A stretch of 64,000 nt of DNA from Eledone cirrhosa. Taxonomy: Eukaryota. A model generated the notes under the pieces. It did no database searches, was not told the origin of the DNA, and saw nothing but the letters and a program-made list of their open reading frames with translations. Each line of letters opens with the position of its first letter. Position 1 is the first letter of the stretch. This document shows, in pieces, positions 59,395 through 64,000 of this stretch. A program made the translations under genes and the position numbers. The stretch lies in the NCBI GenBank assembly GCA_964016885.1, contig OZ024745.1, forward strand, positions 54,932,001 through 54,996,000. The letters run 5' to 3'.

Positions 59395-59534
59395 GGAACG
59401 AGTAGGACCCCGACGGGTGTGCTCAAGCCGTTTCGACGGCTAATTCTGGACTCATATTACCCACTCTACTACCCTAAGTATTGAGTACTTTGGTGCGTTA
59501 TGGTCCATCTGGTTCCTTACCACATTTCCTTCGT

Positions 59535-59568
<34 letters not shown>

Positions 59569-60331
59569 CTGTACTATGTATTGAGTACCTTCCTTACTGT
59601 GGTTACCCCCCAACTGAACCCGTGATAAACTTATGTATATATATATATATTTTTTGACGCTATAGTCGCATATATGTTATGGAATACTGTTAGCTTCTCG
59701 CTACAACAATTTCTATACTTTTCATTTATATATATATATATATATATACACATAACTCTTCTATTCCTTAGCATTTAATATAAACTGGTATAGATAAAAT
59801 GAGATTTCTTAATTCAGTTCCTTAATGTATATACCAGCAGGCTACCAACATTGTTGTTATACAGTAGCAGTGAAAATCCCTCTCTTCCTTACTGGACATT
59901 TTATATCTGTGTTAATACTACTACACAAAACGACCAGCCCTGTCCATTTTTCAATTGGTCAAATATAGATTAAAATAGGCACTCCCAAAAATTCTTATTT
60001 AGATAAAATAAGCCATATACTCATTGTACTCTCATTAAAAACCTTCTATATACTTGTTCATCAGCAAATTGAATTGCCATCTGTCATATACTATCCCTTC
60101 TCTTCTTCCTTTCTTACAACTAATATAAATACTTTAATTTTTCTGATTTTTTCCAATTTATCCAATATCTCTGAAGAAGTGACAACTGATTATACATTTG
60201 CTATCGAATACTTGCTAACATTTTATGATTACGCAAGCAGCGATACATAGGTATTCCGTCTGTTACAGAAACATATGTCAATACCTAATAAATTCCTTTA
60301 TAAAAGCACTTTCACTTTATATTCATCTTTG

Positions 60332-60376
<45 letters not shown>

Positions 60377-61239
60377 GGTATGTAAATGTGTGCGTGTCTA
60401 TGTGTATGTGTACGATGTAGAAGATTTATTACAAATAATGCAAGAATAAGAGCCAAAATTTCAGACCACAATTTCTATAAAGTAGCCAGCAGAAGAAGAC
60501 TATGAATAATAATGAAAGTGATATTACCATCAAGAATATATCTCATACTTGGGCTTTTATTACACATAACAATGGTCACAAACACACACCATTATTTACG
60601 AAACAGAGCAAAAGAAATAAATGAATATACAATCGAATTAAAGTAATCTAAACGACGAAAATATAGCAAATAAATAGAATTAATATACTAGAAATATATT
60701 ACAAGAAAGAATAACAAATTTTAATTTATAACGCTGTCAAGTATAAGATTTTACGAATTTTCTATAAATTACAAACGTCGCAATTTGACTATAGAAATGA
60801 TGTAACTTTGAACATTCTAATTACGAACAAGAATGGGAAATATCTTAGGGAAAAAAGTGTTCTCGAATTGCTACAATTTAGTTCATTATTTTTCACGAAT
60901 AATCTACTAATCTCTCTTCACACCTTAAATATCCTTTTAAAAGAGCAGAATGATATACTGAATGGTACTACGGAGAAAAGGAGGACTCATCAATCAGCTT
61001 TAGAAAATATTGTGGCTGTTTTTTGTATTGATACATCATACAAATGCCGAGCCTGTTTCTCGTAAACTGAGTGTCACAACTACTGGCAAAGAAGTGGTTT
61101 GGCTCACTTCTGTCCTTGCTAAAAAAAAGGATGCAGCTGGTGATTTTGTCGTCGCCTTTGTGTAGAATAAGTATAATCTGTGACAACGGATGTAACTCTA
61201 CAATCATTTAGTATTGGAAAATTATGTTGCAAGTGATTT

Positions 61240-62210
61240 CAATCTTGGTTTAAGATTTCTGATAAATACTTTCTTTTTATTAATTAAACCTTGTATGATT
61301 TCATATATACTTTCATATAATGAGAAAACATCGAAGTTTTGCAGCGCATTCTTCTAAATGTTTGCTTAGTATACAGGGTTCTGATTTGCTGCCTATGAAC
61401 TTTTATTATTTGTTTGAATGTGAGCCACTTCTGTGTATATAATATTCGTTGGCAACCTTGGCAGGTTATGACACACACTATTTTTTCCGAGTTGCATGAG
61501 AAAGTGTTTCTGATTTTGAAGATTGGTCCAACCTGATATGAAATTCATGGCCTTCCAATAGATAGTTGCAAATTCCACTATGGTGTCGTTTGCATATTTT
61601 CACATGAGGTTATGGTTATGTGATTTGCATGTCTGCCCTTGTCAATATATTTTTTTTAATGATTTCAGGTGTCTTCAATCTTAATATTAGAATATTTTTG
61701 TTAGGGGTTTTTCATTTTTTTTGGCTTTCTTTAGTGTAGGTAGGTTTAATTGTGTCTGTATAGATTTCTCTATTTTGGGGTTTGAAGGTTGAGATATATA
61801 ACATCATTTCTTTTTATATTTTTGGTCTTGCTTCTCGAAGGACGTGAATATTATTATGTTTTTCTTTAAATGCTATCATTGATTAGATTTAGATGGTATC
61901 TTGATGGTATCATCTCCTCTATTCTGTGCTCCCTATTTGTTGTATTTGAAATTACTGTGCAGATTCGGTTAGCTAGGTTAAGTGGAATATCGGTGCATGA
62001 ATGAACTAGATGAGCAGATGTGTGTGGGGAGGGGGGAGGTATACCGTAGGGAGTCGGTGAGTTTGATAGATATGTCAGTCTCTAATATTCGCTTTCTTTT
62101 TTTTATTAATATATCTAAGAAAGGGATTTTTTCGTTGTTACATTCCATAGTGAATTGGATGTTAGAGCTTACCACATTAATGAAGGCTTGAAGATTCTTT
62201 AGTTCATAAG
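61240..62210 (-). mobile_element. Decayed Penelope-like element (Neptune/Penelope-type RT thumb plus GIY-YIG)
   Basis: NIQFTMECNNEKIPFLDILI...TD...K.TD (62175-62050) and CVITCQGCQ...KVHRQQIR (61478-61380). Confidence 0.75.
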
Positions 62211-62411
62211 GATATATATGTGTGGCTACGTGTGTGTTTGTGTATAAAAAGCGGGTAGTTGGTTCTGCAAAAACCAGATGAATAGGAACTCAGTACAATG
62301 AGATAAAATAAATCATAACCACAACCACACACGCACACACACGCCCCCCCCCCACACACATATATATATACATATATAATTTTAATATATACATATATAA
62401 TTTCGTCCGTA

Positions 62412-62492
<81 letters not shown>

Positions 62493-62589
62493 GAATATGT
62501 ATCTATTTATGTGTGTGTGTGTGTGTGCGTGTGGACATTTGTGGATATGCATTAAATTAGCTGCCGTAGTGATATCAGACTGGTGTTAG

Positions 62590-62720
62590 AATGAAACTGA
62601 TAATATCGAGAGTTCGGCAGCTGGGCCGTGTGGTGTTTCTGAGTCCATGTGCAAGACGATACATTTCAAGTTGCTCCAGTACACTCGGCTGAAAATAACT
62701 AGCCGATTTCAGCCAGCTCA
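62590..62720 (+). mobile_element. Possible decayed SINE (CORE-like central region)
   Basis: gtgtggtgtttctgag...gcaagacgatacatttcaagttgctccagtacactcggctg resembles CORE-type SINE bodies; recalled similarity only. Confidence 0.3.
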
Positions 62721-62884
62721 TGCTATAAGTTGTCACCCTGTACCGAATTTCATGACATGCATGCTCTCCCTATCATGAAAAGCACCAGAGAATCTTCCTA
62801 ATATCTGAAGATCTGTAGGAAGCCATGACACACACCGAGTTATCACATGTAATATTCATAAACACGAGTGCGTACTCGAACACT

Positions 62885-63628
<744 letters not shown>

Positions 63629-63690
63629 ATATATAATATATATATATACAAACACACACATATATATATATATATAATATATATATATAT

Positions 63691-63758
<68 letters not shown>

Positions 63759-63761
63759 GAC

Positions 63762-64000
63762 GTAAAATAAGAAAATATTTTTTAAAAAAAATTTTTTAAA
63801 AAAATTTTTTTTCTTACTTAAATTTTCACTCCAACTAATTAGTTTCTGCAATGGGATAAAGACAGTTACGTAATCCAACTGTTGGATTACGTAACTGTCT
63901 TTATCCCATTGCAGAAACTAATTAGTTGGAGTGAAAATTTAAGTAAGAAAAAAAAAAATTTTTTTTAAAATTTTTTAAAAAAAATATTTTCTTATTTTAC
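63762..64000. repeat. Near-perfect palindrome centred at 63880, running to the window end
   Basis: ...gttacgtaatccaac t gttggattacgtaac...; arms are a diverged copy of the 62991 repeat end (GAAActaattagTTgga half hammerhead). Confidence 0.9.

Larger units (their letters stand above)
57372..59535 (-). mobile_element. 5'-truncated Naiad-type Penelope-like element with partial-tandem pLTR pieces
   Basis: On the minus strand: pLTR (59535-59395), (TA)n, pLTR start (59352-59299), GIY-YIG coding fragment, long 3' UTR, pLTR hammerhead half (57430-57372), (TA)n. Confidence 0.8.

Overview
AT-rich, microsatellite-dense eukaryotic non-coding DNA. The tRNA-derived SINE and the repeat spectrum resemble cephalopod (octopus-like) genomes, which is an inference. 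No host protein-coding exon could be supported, and nearly all listed ORFs are translations of simple repeats. The window holds decayed transposons: Penelope-like elements (two Naiad-type families and one Neptune/Penelope-type), RTE, R4/Dong, a possible Copia, a non-autonomous Helitron and SINEs. The main unexplained signal is a high density of type I hammerhead ribozyme motifs. About 13 are complete or nearly complete, they belong to at least 6 unrelated repeat families, and all have short palindromic helix III. They lie in short segments between (TA)n tracts and are often duplicated as fold-back palindromes. Highlights: (i) a ~460-bp non-coding tandem unit pairing an ATGCAAAT octamer with a hammerhead, a retrozyme/newt-satellite-2-like candidate with helix I covariation; (ii) hammerheads with a compensated U3-A8 core; (iii) a hammerhead with a ~97-nt branched stem II. 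All structures were read by eye and coordinates may be off by a few bases.
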